NCBI GenBank assembly: GCA_963668695.2
Contig: CAXXLQ010000004.1
Coordinates: 2,752,001 to 2,816,000 of the forward strand
DNA length: 64,000 nt
DNA from: Vicinamibacteria bacterium
GTDB lineage: Bacteria > Acidobacteriota > Vicinamibacteria > Marinacidobacterales > Marinacidobacteraceae
Direction of reading: 5' to 3'
The position numbers and the translations under genes are program-made. The notes under the pieces are model-generated. The model was given only the letters and a program-made list of their open reading frames with translations, was not told where the DNA came from and did not search any database. Below are positions 62,301 through 64,000 of the stretch, piece after piece (the stretch's first letter is position 1; every line of letters begins with the position of its first letter).

Positions 62301-64000
62301 ATCGGGGCGAACGCGACGAGCGGGACCGGGACGTTCACCTTGACGCCGACGCAGGACTTACTGGTCGAGGGTGACGAGACGATCTCGGTGAAGGGGACGG
62401 CGACGGGGCTGACGGTGACGGGTGCGTCGTTGACGCTGACGGACGACGAGACGGTTTCGACGGGGTTGACGCTGTCGGTGAACCCGGCGAGCGTGGGAGA
62501 GGCGGACGGGGCGACGGCGGTGGTGGTGACGGCGGCGCTGCACGGCGCGGCGCGGGGATCGGCGACGGCGGTGACAGTCGCGGTGGGAGACACGGGGGAC
62601 AGTGCGACGGAGGGGACGGACTACGCGACGGTGTCGGACTTCACGGTGACGATCGGGGCGAACGCGACGAGCGGGACCGGGACGTTCACCTTGACGCCGA
62701 CGCAGGACTTACTGGTCGAGGGAGACGAGACGATCTCGGTGAAGGGGACGGCGACGGGGCTGACGGTGACGGGTGCGTCGTTGACGCTGACGGACGACGA
62801 GACGGTTTCGACGGGGGTGACGCTGTCGGTGAACCCGGCGAGCGTGGGAGAGGCGGACGGGGCGACGGCGGTGGTGGTGACGGCGGCGCTGCACGGGGCG
62901 CCCGGGGGGCTCGGCGACGGCGGTGACGGTCGCGGTGGGGGACGGGGGACAGTGCGACGGAGGGGACGGACTACGCCACGGTGTCGGAACTTCACGGTGA
63001 CGATCGGGGCGAACGCGACGAGCGGGACCGGGACGTTCACCTTGACGCCGACGCAGGACTTACTGGTCGAGGGTGACGAGACGATCTCGGTGAAGGGGAC
63101 GGCGACGGGGCTGACGGTGACGGGTGCGTCGTTGACGCTGACGGACGACGAGACGGTTTCGACGGGGTGACGCTGTCGGTGAACCCGGCGAGCGTGGGAG
63201 AGGCGGACGGGGCGACGGCGGTGGTGGTGACGGCGGCGCTGCACGGCGCGGCGCGGGGATCGGCGACGGCGGTGACAGTCGCGGTGGGAGACACGGGGGA
63301 CAGTGCGACGGAGGGGACGGACTACGCGACGGTGTCGGACTTCACGGTGACGATCGGGGCGAACGCGACGAGCGGGACCGGGACGTTCACCTTGACGCCG
63401 ACGCAGGACTTACTGGTCGAGGGAGACGAGACGATCTCGGTGAAGGGGACGGCGACGGGGCTGACGGTGACGGGTGCGTCGTTGACGCTGACGGACGACG
63501 AGACGGTTTCGACGGGGGTGACGCTGTCGGTGAACCCGGCGAGCGTGGGAGAGGCGGACGGGGCGACGGCGGTGGTGGTGACGGCGGCGCTGACGGCGCG
63601 GCGCGGGGCTCGGCGACGGCGGTGACAGTCGCGGTGGGAGACGGGGGGGACAGTGCGACGGAGGGGACGGACTACGCCACGGTGTCGGACTTCACGGTGA
63701 CGATCGGGGCGAACGCGACGAGCGGGACCGGGACGTTCACCTTGACGCCGACGCAGGACTTACTGGTCGAGGGAGACGAGACGATCTCGGTGGAGGGGAC
63801 GGCGACGGGGCTGACGGTGACGGGGCGTCGTTGACGCTGACGGACGACGAGACGGCTTCGACGGCGGTGACGCTGTCGGTGAACCCGGCGAGCGTGGGAG
63901 AGGCGGACGGGGCGACGGCGGTGGTGGTGACGGCGGCGCTGACGGGCGGCGCCCGGGGCTCGGCGACGGCGGTGACGGTCGCGGTGGGGGACCGGGGGAC
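44306..64000 (+). CDS. giant repetitive surface protein/adhesin (>6500 aa if joined; SwmB-like, Calx-beta and ~117-aa Ig-like repeats), 3'-partial, many apparent frameshifts after 54395
   Basis: Signal peptide-like segment; DTTPPAL..A.V..L.YDE.LD SwmB-like domain; Calx-beta motifs (T.DGTA..G.DY...G.LTF, E.DETF, I.DDD); all ORF fragments 54406-63834 encode the same repeat. Confidence 0.85.
50080..64000 (+). repeat. ~351-bp coding tandem repeat, roughly 40 units
   Basis: Unit TLSVNPASVGEADGATAVVVTAAL...ATEGTDY..VSDFTVTI..GTGTFTLTPTQD..EGDE.I.V.G.ATGLTVTG.SLTLTDDE recurs every ~351 nt. Confidence 0.95.

Noticed and set aside
54395-64000. Programmed frameshifting or pseudogenisation of the giant adhesin
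   Set aside because: Breaks are mostly single-base losses in G runs within near-identical repeats, where polishing fails; most likely sequencing or assembly error

Overview
High-GC bacterial window, probably Acidobacteriota-like and possibly host- or sponge-associated (inference from gene content). The first 44 kb holds housekeeping and accessory genes: eukaryote-type UGPase, sppA, mtgA, mscS, tRNA-Arg(CCT), apt, acyP, a cystathionine gamma-synthase/lyase, rfbB, ilvBNC, rpmB, two M14 peptidases and two toxin-antitoxin pairs. The last 20 kb is a single giant Calx-beta/Ig-like repeat surface protein that runs off the window. Three things stand out. (1) A selenium locus: two tandem rhodanese genes each have an in-frame TGA exactly at the catalytic Cys position, followed by a shared hairpin (putative selenoproteins, one a lipoprotein), directly next to senA/senB selenoneine genes. 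(2) Ten copies of a YTAR-targeting hairpin MITE with an open reading frame, compensatory base changes and in-frame insertions into genes; these carry a nested ~21-bp micro-element at up to five fixed sites. (3) A TMTC-like GT-C/TPR protein plus a polyprenol-P-mannose synthase/GtrA fusion lying divergent to the Thr/Ser-rich giant adhesin, suggesting a dedicated protein O-mannosylation system. Scattered 1-nt frameshifts suggest residual long-read errors.
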